A stretch of 64,000 bases of DNA from Rhodoferax sp. GTDB taxonomy: Bacteria; Pseudomonadota; Gammaproteobacteria; Burkholderiales; Burkholderiaceae_C. The stretch is taken from NCBI GenBank assembly GCA_021738345.1, contig JAIPCE010000001.1, positions 3,596-67,595 of the forward strand, given 5' to 3'. Positions 48,809-58,170 of this stretch are shown piece after piece. The notes below the pieces were generated by a model, which was not told where the DNA came from, did no database searches, and worked only from the letters and a program-made list of their open reading frames with translations. How positions within the stretch are numbered: the first letter of the stretch is position 1; each line of letters begins with the position of its first letter. Both the position numbers and the translations under genes were made by a program.

Positions 48809-50104
48809 TCACGGTTTTGGTACCTCTTTGCGTGTAGCGCCTGCGTCGAAGTAATAGCTGACCCGCTTGCGCGGACTGAGGTAGTTATAAACCTCCCGAG
48901 GAACTTGCATCGGACGGATCGCCTTGGCGATGTTGACATCTACCTCACGGTCCATGTCCAGCAACAAGGCTTCGTCTTTCGGAACTTCAGCGTCATAGAC
49001 CATGACCATGGGTTTCATCGGGCGTGCCGTGTTCACATTGGTCACCATCCCGATGAAACCGTTGGATAACTGCACAATCGTGCCAGGTGGATACACGCCA
49101 AGACAACGGATAAAAATTTGCAGCATTTTGGGATCAAACTTGGGCCGCAACTTGGAAAACATAAGCGACAGTGCCTCATGGGGCGTCAGCGCATCCGCAA
49201 TTGACGGTGGATTGCAGAGTTCATCGTAGTAGTTGGCAATCACCACGATGCGCGGCAATACCCCGATATGCTCCGCTTTCAGTTTGGCAGGAAAACCGCT
49301 TCCATCAAAAAATTCATGGTGCTCCCCAATGATTGACAGCACCGCAGCGGCCAGTTTCAAACGCTTGCCAATATCGATGCCAAACTGACAATGCAATTCG
49401 TAGAAATTGCGCTCGGCCTGCGTCAGCGGCGTAGTTTTACGCAAAATCTTGTCAGGCACCTCTTTGTGACCCACATCGTGCAACAAAGCGCCAATACCCA
49501 AAATTCCAACTGCATCCACTGGCAGTGCAATCGCGCGCGCGATCATCAGTGACAGCATCGTGACGTTGAGGGAATGAAAATACAACTCCTCACCACCCAT
49601 CTTGTCGCCCATGACCTGTATCGCCAACTCTGGTGCATTCAAAATCGAGTCGACCATTTTTGTGACCAGCTGCGTCGCCTGCGCCACGGTTTCAGCGGGG
49701 CGGCTGTAAAGATTTTTCTCGATGTCACGAATTGTCTGTGCCGTGTCAACAAATGCTTTTTCCACGCGCTCGGCATCTTCCCTGCGCAGACGCATTTGTT
49801 CCATCATGGCGCGCTTGGCCACCATGATGGGTGACGCGGCGGCGCTTGCCTCGCGCTGTTGGACCGTCAGCCCAGACGGTGGTGTTGCCACCGTGGTCTG
49901 CGACGACTGCACCGGCACAGCATCGCAAAGCTCTGGGTCGATACGCACTGTTTTCAGACCCAGACTGTGAATAATGTCAATTTGCTCCTGGGACTTGATT
50001 TTGAAATGGCTGAACGCAAAAGGATGCTCAAACCATTTCATGTCGAGATGGACGTACAGTCCAGCGCGCAAGTCATCGACCGAAACATAGTGCTTGTCAG
50101 GCAT
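48809..50104 (-). CDS. DUF3391 + HD-GYP-type cyclic dinucleotide phosphodiesterase
   Basis: DLRAGLYVHLDMKWFEHPF, HSLNV, LLHDVGH, HHEFFDGSGFP, IANYYDEL. Confidence 0.9.
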   Translation of the reverse strand: MPDKHYVSVDDLRAGLYVHLDMKWFEHPFAFSHFKIKSQEQIDIIHSLGLKTVRIDPELCDAVPVQSSQTTVATPPSGLTVQQREASAAASPIMVAKRAMMEQMRLRREDAERVEKAFVDTAQTIRDIEKNLYSRPAETVAQATQLVTKMVDSILNAPELAIQVMGDKMGGEELYFHSLNVTMLSLMIARAIALPVDAVGILGIGALLHDVGHKEVPDKILRKTTPLTQAERNFYELHCQFGIDIGKRLKLAAAVLSIIGEHHEFFDGSGFPAKLKAEHIGVLPRIVVIANYYDELCNPPSIADALTPHEALSLMFSKLRPKFDPKMLQIFIRCLGVYPPGTIVQLSNGFIGMVTNVNTARPMKPMVMVYDAEVPKDEALLLDMDREVDVNIAKAIRPMQVPREVYNYLSPRKRVSYYFDAGATRKEVPKP

Positions 50105-51455
50105 CGTTTTCGTCCTGGCATGCGCGCATGGTTGAACATCCATCTTCATGGGCCTGCACGTGGTTTCGCGCATCGATCGGCAACACGATGGTGAACTCTG
50201 ATCCCCGGCCAGACTCACTTTTGACCTTGATCGTGCCGTGGTGTCGCTGCACAATCCCTCTGGACAGTGACAACCCAAGGCCGGTTCCCTTACCTGCCGG
50301 TTTGGTGGTGAAAAAAGGCTCAAAAACATGGTCCAGATGGTCTTTCGAAATCCCTGAACCGTTGTCTTCGACCCGGATGCACACCGCGTCGCCCACGCAG
50401 GCGGTGCTGATGTGAATCTCACCTTGCTTATCGATGGCCTGCGCCGCATTCACGAGTAAATTCATGAAAACCTGGTTGAGCTGGGACGCAAGGCAATAGA
50501 TATTGGGCAAATCACCATAGCTCTTTGTTACCTTGCAGTGGTATTTGATTTCGTTCCACACTATATTGAGGGTTGAGTCAATGCCAGCATGCAGATCTGC
50601 CCACTGCCAGTTCTGGTCGTCAAGGCGAGAAAAGTCCTTCAGGTCACGCACAATTTTCCGGACACGTGCCAAACCGTCGCTGGATTCGTTCAACAGCGAC
50701 AGGGCATCACGTCGAATGAATGTGTAGTCCTTGTCTCGCAGCAATGCACGCGCTGCATCCAAGGCTGTTGCCGTACCAGCTGCCCGCTCAAAGGCGTCCA
50801 CCAGCTCCAACAGGTCCTGCAGATAAGCAGTCAAGCTCTGAATGTTGGACGCCACAAAGCTGACTGGATTATTGATCTCATGCACGATGCCAGCAGCCAA
50901 TTGGCCCATCGCCGCCATTTTTTCCGAATGCAGCAGTTGCCTTTGCGCCTGTTCGAGCGCGTCGGCCCCTTGTGCCACCTGAGACTTCAGACGCAAGTTG
51001 TTTTGGCGCAGCATGTCGCGTGCCGACTTGGCGTCTAGTTGGGCGCGAATTCTGGACAGCACCACCAGCGGATTCTTGAGGGGCTTGTGCACATAATCCA
51101 CGGCACCTGATTCCAGACCACGTTCTTCGCTGCCTTCGTCCCTCAGTGCAGTGATGAATATTACCGGAATCTCTCGCATTGCCGCATCGTTTTTCATGCG
51201 CCGCAACACCTCAAAACCATCCATGTCGGGCATCAGGACATCCAACAGCACCAGATCAGGTCGGGGCTCAATTGCCAAAATACCCAGCGCCTGGGCACCC
51301 GAACAAGCAACTCGCACAAGGTAGTGGGACTGCAAAAGATCTTTGAGAACCATCAAGAACAAGGGCTCGTCATCCACGACCAAAAGGGTGGACTTGACGG
51401 CCTCAGAGACTCCGGCAGGCGTCGTAGCCTCGCCGCCGACGTCAATCGGGTTCAT
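50097..51455 (-). CDS. Hybrid kinase: N-terminal receiver plus HisKA and HATPase
   Basis: VVDDE...LLDVLMP...FITA...YVHKP; GIVHEINNP, NQVFMNLLVNA, DNGSG, GTGLG. Confidence 0.92.
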   Translation of the reverse strand: MNPIDVGGEATTPAGVSEAVKSTLLVVDDEPLFLMVLKDLLQSHYLVRVACSGAQALGILAIEPRPDLVLLDVLMPDMDGFEVLRRMKNDAAMREIPVIFITALRDEGSEERGLESGAVDYVHKPLKNPLVVLSRIRAQLDAKSARDMLRQNNLRLKSQVAQGADALEQAQRQLLHSEKMAAMGQLAAGIVHEINNPVSFVASNIQSLTAYLQDLLELVDAFERAAGTATALDAARALLRDKDYTFIRRDALSLLNESSDGLARVRKIVRDLKDFSRLDDQNWQWADLHAGIDSTLNIVWNEIKYHCKVTKSYGDLPNIYCLASQLNQVFMNLLVNAAQAIDKQGEIHISTACVGDAVCIRVEDNGSGISKDHLDHVFEPFFTTKPAGKGTGLGLSLSRGIVQRHHGTIKVKSESGRGSEFTIVLPIDARNHVQAHEDGCSTMRACQDENDA

Positions 51456-51606
51456 GCAGAATGCACCCTGGCCCATGGCGCACGCCAGTCGCACTGCCAA
51501 ACCCGATGCACACCGCCGCGCCACAGGCGATGGCCTGGCCCGCGCACCTCAAATAGCGCGATGGGCACGTGGGACGCGGTGTGTTGCAGGTAGTAGGGGA
51601 CAACAT

Positions 51607-52614
51607 TCATGGTGCAAGCCACACCTGTTGGGCAATGTCAAGCGACCGCAAGCGCAGATCAGGATCAAACACATCGCAGACCAGAATGAATTCATCGGCC
51701 CGTGTGACCTGGTTGAGCGTCTCAAATCCGGCCCGAACCGCATCAGGCCCGCCAATGACGGCAATCTCCAGGAATTCTGCAATGGCGGCGTTTTCTCCGT
51801 CTCGTAACGAAGAAAGAAAGTCCGGATCAGGTGCCTGCAACTTCTTTCGGTCCCCCTTCAAAATTCCGAGTACCCGCTGATAAATGCTAGTGGCCAGGAA
51901 TTGCGCCTCGTTGTCAGTCGGTGCCGCCACCAACGGTACGCCAATCGCAACATAGGGTTGCCGCAACGCCTCGGATGGTTGAAACAGATCACGGTACAGA
52001 GCGATCGCCTGCATCATCATTTGCGGCGCAAAGTGCGAGGCAAACGCATAGGGCAAGCCTTTTTGCGCCGCCAATTGCGCAGAAAAAAGACTGGAACCTA
52101 GCAGCCAGATCGGTACCTGCGTACCCGCCCCCGGGTTAGCCACCAGGCGCTGTCCCGGAAGGACCGGGCCAAGCAGCGCCTGCAATTCGCTGACGTCTCT
52201 GGGAAAGTCGGCCTCGGTCTCCAGACGATTGCGTCGCAATGCACGCATGGTGTGGGCATCGGTACCTGGTGCGCGCCCTAAACCCAGGTCAATCCGGCCG
52301 GGGTATAACTCGGCCAGGGTTCCGAAGGCCTCAGCCACCACCAGCGGCGCATGGTTTGGCAACATCACGCCGCCAGACCCGACCCGGATCCGGCGTGTGC
52401 CGCCAGCGATATAAGCGACCAGCACGGCCGTCGCAGAGCTGGCAATGCTTTCCATATTGTGATGTTCGGCCAGCCAATAGCGTGTAAAGCCCAGCTTTTC
52501 AGCATGTTGCGCCGTGCGCAGGCTCAACGCCAGTGCGTCCGCGACCGATGATCCCTCGCGCACTGCCACCAGATCGAGCATGGAAAGTTTGGAATGATTT
52601 TTTTGAGGTGTCAT
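51607..52614 (-). CDS. LLM-class flavin-dependent oxidoreductase (YhbW-like)
   Basis: [52 protein letters not shown]. Confidence 0.93.
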   Translation of the reverse strand: MTPQKNHSKLSMLDLVAVREGSSVADALALSLRTAQHAEKLGFTRYWLAEHHNMESIASSATAVLVAYIAGGTRRIRVGSGGVMLPNHAPLVVAEAFGTLAELYPGRIDLGLGRAPGTDAHTMRALRRNRLETEADFPRDVSELQALLGPVLPGQRLVANPGAGTQVPIWLLGSSLFSAQLAAQKGLPYAFASHFAPQMMMQAIALYRDLFQPSEALRQPYVAIGVPLVAAPTDNEAQFLATSIYQRVLGILKGDRKKLQAPDPDFLSSLRDGENAAIAEFLEIAVIGGPDAVRAGFETLNQVTRADEFILVCDVFDPDLRLRSLDIAQQVWLAP

Positions 52615-52747
52615 GATTGAATTGTCAGCGCAATTGGCCGCGACCGCGCGCGTCGCGGCGCGTCACCCCTTGATTGAAGCAGTGAGTGCCAAAAAGTTCG
52701 TATTTTTGCCCTCCCAGGAAAACAAAACGCCCACCCAATCTGAAGAA

Positions 52748-54148
52748 TCAGCTTCCGGCAAGCTTCATGGTATTCACCAAAATTGAACCCACCGTCTTGG
52801 CTCCATGGTTGTAGGTGTCTGCCCCGACCGCTTCGATACCCTTGAACATGGCCTTCATGTTGCCGGCGATCGTGATTTCATGCACCGGGTAAGCAATTTT
52901 TCCGTTTTCCACCCAAAATCCACTGGCACCACGCGAATAATCACCCGTCACATAGTTCACGCCCTGCCCCATCAGCTCAGTCACAAACAAACCCGTCCCC
53001 AATTTCTCCAACATGGCGTCCAGGTCATCCTCCGGACGGGTTAGGCGGGAAGAAAAGATCAGGTTATGGGATCCACCCGAGTTGCCCGTGGTCTGCATCC
53101 CCAACTTGCGCGCCGAGTAGCTGCTCAGGAAATAACCTTGCACGCGCCCAGCATCGACCACCTTACGCGCCTTGACACTGACCCCTTCGCTATCAAAAGG
53201 AGAGCTTCCCTTGCCTCTCAGGACGAACGGGTCTTCTAGCAAGTCAATGTGTTTCGGGAACACCTGCTTATTGAGTGAGTCGAGCAAGAAAGTGCTTTTC
53301 CGGTACAAGGCACCGCCACTGATGGCCTGCACAAACGCACCCACCAGACCCGCCGCCAGCGGTGACTCGAAAAGCACCGGGCACTCGGTCGTGGCAATTT
53401 TTCGCGCATGAAGTCGACTCAAGGCCCGCTCCGCTGCATACCGTCCAATTGCCTGCGGCGACGCGAGTGCCTGCGGATGGCGCATGGAGCTGTACCATGA
53501 ATCACGCTGCATGTCGTCACCCTTACCAGCAATTGGCGACACCGACAAGGAATGCCTCGATGTCGCGTAGCCGCCACGAAATCCACGGGTTTGCGCGCTA
53601 AAAAAATGGGACTGCTGGGCTGAAACGCCCGCGCCTTCGCTGTTGCGAATGCGTTTGCTGGTCGCCAGCGCTGCATCCTCACATTCGAGTGCCAGATGCG
53701 CTGCCTGCTCACTGGTGATGGTCCAGGGAAAAAACAGATCGAGATTACGTGCACGCTCAATCTCAGGCGCAATGTCGCGGGTGTCCGGCAGGCTGGCAAA
53801 TGGGTCTTCAGCGGTGAACCGCGCAATGTCGTACGCCGCCTGGACCGTTTGCCTGATTGCCGGCGTGGAAAAATCCGAGGTGCTGGCATTGCCACGTCGG
53901 TTACCCACATAGACGGTCACGCCCAGGGACTTGTCGCGGTTACGCTCCACATTTTCAAGCGCACCGTTGCGCACCGAAACACTCAGACCGCAGCCCTCCG
54001 AAACTTCGGCACCTGCATCGGTCGCTCCGAGTTTCGTTGCATGCGACAGCGCGGTATCGACCAGTTCTTCAAAAAAAACTCGGGTGAAGGCAAAACCACT
54101 GTCAGATGGCATGGATTCGGTTTGGGAAAGGGTCTGGGGTTTAAGCAT
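52748..54148 (-). CDS. pmbA: Metalloprotease PmbA (TldE)
   Basis: LENVERNRDK, NSEGA, LYRKSTFL, PFDSEG, GQGVNYVTGDYSRGASGFW, EITIAGN. Start 54148 or 54112. Confidence 0.95.
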   Translation of the reverse strand: MLKPQTLSQTESMPSDSGFAFTRVFFEELVDTALSHATKLGATDAGAEVSEGCGLSVSVRNGALENVERNRDKSLGVTVYVGNRRGNASTSDFSTPAIRQTVQAAYDIARFTAEDPFASLPDTRDIAPEIERARNLDLFFPWTITSEQAAHLALECEDAALATSKRIRNSEGAGVSAQQSHFFSAQTRGFRGGYATSRHSLSVSPIAGKGDDMQRDSWYSSMRHPQALASPQAIGRYAAERALSRLHARKIATTECPVLFESPLAAGLVGAFVQAISGGALYRKSTFLLDSLNKQVFPKHIDLLEDPFVLRGKGSSPFDSEGVSVKARKVVDAGRVQGYFLSSYSARKLGMQTTGNSGGSHNLIFSSRLTRPEDDLDAMLEKLGTGLFVTELMGQGVNYVTGDYSRGASGFWVENGKIAYPVHEITIAGNMKAMFKGIEAVGADTYNHGAKTVGSILVNTMKLAGS

Positions 54149-54170
54149 GGCGGGAGCTATGATACTTGCC

Positions 54171-54842
54171 ATGGCACGCAAACTTAAAAAAGGCTACTTC
54201 GTCAAGGGCAAATTTGTTGCCGAGGGCAGCGAGCTCGACCTTGAATTCAAACGCGAACTAAAGGGCACCGATGAGCAAAGCCGCACCGATCTCAAACGCG
54301 AAAGCACCGAACTACAAAAGCTCGGCGAAGACCTGCTGACTCTGCGCACCGACTTGCTGGCCCGGCTCACTTTGCCGGAGAAACTGGTCGACGCGGTCGC
54401 AGACGCCCGGCGCATCACCCATTTCGAGGGCCGCCGCCGGCAAATGCAATATATTGGCAAGCTGATGCGACAGCTTGAGCCCGACCGGCTCACGCATATT
54501 CGGGTGGCACTGCAAGAGCAGCACACACCAACGGCGCAGGAAACCTTGCGTTTGCACCAGGCGGAACACTGGCGTGACTGCCTCATTGCGGACGATGACG
54601 CAATCGGACATTGGATTGCACTCGACCCATCGACTGATGCACAGCAGCTACGCGCCTTGGTACGACAGGCACGCAAGGACCACAAGCCCGAGAAACCCGG
54701 CCTGGCGCAGCGCCATGGGCGCGCCTACCGCGACATTTTTACCCTCGTGCATGAGCAGTTGGCGCAGCCGCAGACCACACGAACCGCCGAATTGACCCCG
54801 ATTGCCACCGATACCCCCCACGACCTTATCCAAGGACCTTGA
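54171..54842 (+). CDS. yjgA: Ribosome biogenesis factor YjgA/DarP (DUF615)
   Basis: SRTDLKRESTELQKLGE, EGRRRQMQYIGKLMR, LHQAEHWRD, LRALVRQARK; divergent from pmbA. Confidence 0.92.
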   Translation: MARKLKKGYFVKGKFVAEGSELDLEFKRELKGTDEQSRTDLKRESTELQKLGEDLLTLRTDLLARLTLPEKLVDAVADARRITHFEGRRRQMQYIGKLMRQLEPDRLTHIRVALQEQHTPTAQETLRLHQAEHWRDCLIADDDAIGHWIALDPSTDAQQLRALVRQARKDHKPEKPGLAQRHGRAYRDIFTLVHEQLAQPQTTRTAELTPIATDTPHDLIQGP

Positions 54843-54844
54843 CG

Positions 54845-55471
54845 ATGCATTCGCCCTCCCCCCCCTTGCCTCACCTTGATACGGTAAAGATCGGCCTGGT
54901 GTCGATCAGCGACCGGGCATCGCGTGGAGTTTACGAGGACAAGGGCTTGCCTGCCCTGCAAGACTGGCTGCGCCGCGCACTGCAGAACCCTTTGGACTTC
55001 GAGCAGCGCCTGATACCCGACGAACTTCAGACCATCAGTGAAACTTTGATTGCCTTGGTGGATGCGGGATGCAGCCTGGTACTCACTACGGGTGGCACCG
55101 GGCCAGCGCTGCGCGATGTCACACCCGAGGCCACATTGGCCGTTGCGCACAAGCAAATGCCAGGGTTTGGCGAGCAAATGCGCCAGATCAGCCTCAAGTT
55201 TGTACCCACGGCCATCTTGTCGCGCCAGGTGGCCGTCATTCGCAAGCAAAGTCTCATCATTAACCTGCCTGGACAGCCCAAGTCGATTGCCGAGACCCTA
55301 GAGGGCCTCAAAGATAGCGACGGCAAGTCCCTGGTCCCCGGCATATTTTCGGCGGTGCCTTACTGCATTGACCTGATCGGTGGGCCGTACCTGGAATCTC
55401 GGGACGAAGTGTGCAAGGCATTCCGCCCAAAGAGTGCGCTACGCCCGCAACCGCTTGACAAATCAGCCTGA
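54845..55471 (+). CDS. mog: Molybdopterin adenylyltransferase
   Basis: SISDRAS, TTGGTGPALRDVTPEAT, IINLPGQPKSI. Confidence 0.95.
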   Translation: MHSPSPPLPHLDTVKIGLVSISDRASRGVYEDKGLPALQDWLRRALQNPLDFEQRLIPDELQTISETLIALVDAGCSLVLTTGGTGPALRDVTPEATLAVAHKQMPGFGEQMRQISLKFVPTAILSRQVAVIRKQSLIINLPGQPKSIAETLEGLKDSDGKSLVPGIFSAVPYCIDLIGGPYLESRDEVCKAFRPKSALRPQPLDKSA

Positions 55472-55475
55472 GGGT

Positions 55476-56249
55476 TTACTCGCCCACCAACGCGTTGAGC
55501 TTTTGTGTCTCAAAGCATTCGTTCAACGCCGCATCACCCGGCACACAGTCCGTCGCAGCCGGATTGTGGGAGAGCTTTTCGACTGCCTGCCAGAGCATTG
55601 CAATTTGGTGCTCCTGCGCGCCCGCCGAATTGATCAGGCCATGCAAGGCCTGGCTGACAGGATCGTCCTCCTGCGTGATGCCATAGGCGGTAAATTTTCG
55701 TTGGGTTGACGTGACATCGGCACTCTCACCCGACTTGCTCGGGATGATCCGCGCCGGAATGCCAACCGCAGTGGCTCCCGCCGGCACCGGTTTGATGACC
55801 ACGGCATTGCTGCCGATCTTTGCGCCATCACCCACTGTAAAGCCGCCCAATACTTTGGCACCCGCGCTGACCACAACGTCTTTACCCAATGTCGGGTGGC
55901 GCTTGGCCCCCTTGTACAAGGACGTGCCGCCCAGCGTCACGCCCTGGTAAATGGTACAGCCGTCACCAATTTCGGCGGTTTCGCCCACCACCACCCCCAT
56001 CGCGTGGTCAAAAAAAACGCGCTCGCCAAGGACCGCACCGGGATGGATCTCGATACCCGTCAACCAACGTGCGCAATGCGAAATGAAGCGACCCAACCAT
56101 TTGAACCCATGGGTCCAGCACCAGTGTGCGGGCCGGTGCAACACAACCGCGTGCAGACCGGGGTAACAGGTGATGACCTCCCAGGTGCTGCGGGCAGCAG
56201 GGTCGCGGTCAAGAATGCATTGAATGTCGGTGCGAATACGGGAAAACAT
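55476..56249 (-). CDS. cysE: Serine O-acetyltransferase
   Basis: [38 protein letters not shown] hexapeptide repeats. Confidence 0.96.
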   Translation of the reverse strand: MFSRIRTDIQCILDRDPAARSTWEVITCYPGLHAVVLHRPAHWCWTHGFKWLGRFISHCARWLTGIEIHPGAVLGERVFFDHAMGVVVGETAEIGDGCTIYQGVTLGGTSLYKGAKRHPTLGKDVVVSAGAKVLGGFTVGDGAKIGSNAVVIKPVPAGATAVGIPARIIPSKSGESADVTSTQRKFTAYGITQEDDPVSQALHGLINSAGAQEHQIAMLWQAVEKLSHNPAATDCVPGDAALNECFETQKLNALVGE

Positions 56250-56267
56250 GCTTTAGAGTCTATCCGT

Positions 56268-57080
56268 TCATTGGCGTCGTGCGCTTAGCTGGAGTATTGC
56301 CTTGGCAATGCCACGCAAAATATGTATTTCTTCCCGTGTCACCTGGGCGCGATTAAACATTCCATTGAGCCGCGGCATCAGCTTCTTGGGCGACTCCGGG
56401 TCGAGAAACTCCAGTGCCACGAGCGACTGTTCCAGGTGCGTCAGCATGCCGGACACTTCCCGGGCATCGGCGCATGATGGCGTGCACCCGGATTGCGACC
56501 CATCAACAAAACCACCAAGGGCAAGGCGCCACTCGTAGGCAATCACCTGCACCGCCGCCCCCATATTGAGCGATCCAAACTTGGGGTTGCTGGGAATACT
56601 TAAACAGACGTGGCAGCGGTAAACATCTTCGTTGCGCATGCCAAAGCGCTCGGACCCAAAGAGAAAGCCCACGCCATCCGGGCAGCTTACCTCAGCCTGT
56701 GCAGGTACACGTATGCCAAACCTTGAGTCCGTCTCAACTGCGAACCGATCTGGCGCCCTCAAATTTGCGCAGCGGGTCAGACTTTCAAAATGCTGACGTG
56801 GCGTGCGTGTTGGCGGGCCAAAGTCGCGCGGCGTCATGGCCGTTGCGCACAAATGGGTCAAGCCATCTAACGCCTCGTCGAGCGTGTCGACAATGCGGCA
56901 TTTTTCGAGCACATCGCGCGCACCGCTCGCGCGCTGTATGGTTTCCTCGCGGCGCAATACATTGCTCCAGCGCGGTGCAACCAGCACCAGATCGTCAAAA
57001 CCCATAGTCTTCATGGCGCGCGCTGCAGCACCAACATTGCCAGCGTGGCTGGCCTGGATAAGTATGAATCGGGTCAACAT
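56268..57080 (-). CDS. trmJ: TrmJ-like SPOUT RNA methyltransferase
   Basis: HAGNVGAAARAMKTMG, LFGSERFGM, SLNMGAAVQV; in the suhB/cysE context. Confidence 0.9.
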   Translation of the reverse strand: MLTRFILIQASHAGNVGAAARAMKTMGFDDLVLVAPRWSNVLRREETIQRASGARDVLEKCRIVDTLDEALDGLTHLCATAMTPRDFGPPTRTPRQHFESLTRCANLRAPDRFAVETDSRFGIRVPAQAEVSCPDGVGFLFGSERFGMRNEDVYRCHVCLSIPSNPKFGSLNMGAAVQVIAYEWRLALGGFVDGSQSGCTPSCADAREVSGMLTHLEQSLVALEFLDPESPKKLMPRLNGMFNRAQVTREEIHILRGIAKAILQLSARRQ

Positions 57081-57269
57081 GATCTGTGTGGCAATCCTTC
57101 GGGCAGGTAAACCCATAGGGCCGGGCATCAGCCGTTAAAATAGAGCGATTGTCGCCTCGCACCTGGTGCGGGCCCAGCCGCCCGTCGCAAACGGTAGCCC
57201 GATGTCTCCCACAAAGACACCCAAACTTCGCGTGCAGCGCCAGCAATCTTTCCAAAAATTCAATTACCC

Positions 57270-58166
57270 ATGTCACCCAATCTGCACCCCATGATCAACG
57301 TGGCCGTCAAAGCCGCCCGCGCTGCCGGCTCCATCATCAACCGCGCTGCGCTCGACATTGAATCAGTCCGGGTTTCGCAAAAGAAGGCCAACGATTTTGT
57401 GACCGAGGTCGATCACGCAGCGGAGCAAGCAATCATTGAGACATTGCTCGCCGCCTATCCGGGCCATGGCATCTGGGCCGAGGAAACCGGACGTGAACAT
57501 GGCGCCCGGGATTCCGAATTTGTCTGGGTGATTGACCCACTGGACGGCACCACCAACTTCATCCATGGCATGCCTATTTATTGCGTGAGCATTGCGCTGG
57601 CGGTCCGAGGCAGGGTTGAGCAAGCAGTGGTCTATGACCCGACTCGCAACGACCTGTTTACCGCCACCAAAGGCCGAGGCGCTTACCTCAATGACCGGCG
57701 GGTGCGTGTCTCCAAGCGCACTGAGTTACGCCAGGCCTTGGTGTCTACCGGGTTTCCTTCACGGCCAGATCAAAACTTCCCACAATATCTGGCCCTGCTG
57801 GGCGACATGATGCAGCGCACCACCGGTGTGCGCCGCCCTGGTGCCGCGGCACTCGACCTGGCCTACGTAGCCGCTGGCTTCACGGATGGTTTTTTTGAAC
57901 TGGGTTTGCAGCCCTGGGACGTGGCAGCCGGCTCTCTTTTGGTGACCGAGGCCGGTGGCCTGGTTGGAAATTTCACTGGCGAGGCCGAATTCCTCGAGCA
58001 AGGTGAATGCCTGGCCGGCAACCCCAAGGTCTATGGACAAATGGTAAGTGTGCTTTCGAAGTACAGCAAATTTGCCACCGCCGGTGAAAAGGCGGCAGCG
58101 CGACAAAATTTGCAGGTAGCGCCACCCGCCCCCTCTGGTAATCCAGCCGACGAGGCACCGCTCTAG
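57270..58166 (+). CDS. suhB: Inositol monophosphatase family, SuhB
   Basis: [35 protein letters not shown]. Confidence 0.95.
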   Translation: MSPNLHPMINVAVKAARAAGSIINRAALDIESVRVSQKKANDFVTEVDHAAEQAIIETLLAAYPGHGIWAEETGREHGARDSEFVWVIDPLDGTTNFIHGMPIYCVSIALAVRGRVEQAVVYDPTRNDLFTATKGRGAYLNDRRVRVSKRTELRQALVSTGFPSRPDQNFPQYLALLGDMMQRTTGVRRPGAAALDLAYVAAGFTDGFFELGLQPWDVAAGSLLVTEAGGLVGNFTGEAEFLEQGECLAGNPKVYGQMVSVLSKYSKFATAGEKAAARQNLQVAPPAPSGNPADEAPL

Positions 58167-58170
58167 ATTC

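Noticed and set aside
53931-54170. 80-codon N-terminal extension of yjgA in the ORF track; likewise the extensions on amrB, amrS, nuoJ, rpsO, rpsU and both PAS/HD-GYP genes
   Set aside because: They overlap neighbouring genes or promoters; downstream starts match family N-termini and RBS or -10 positions.
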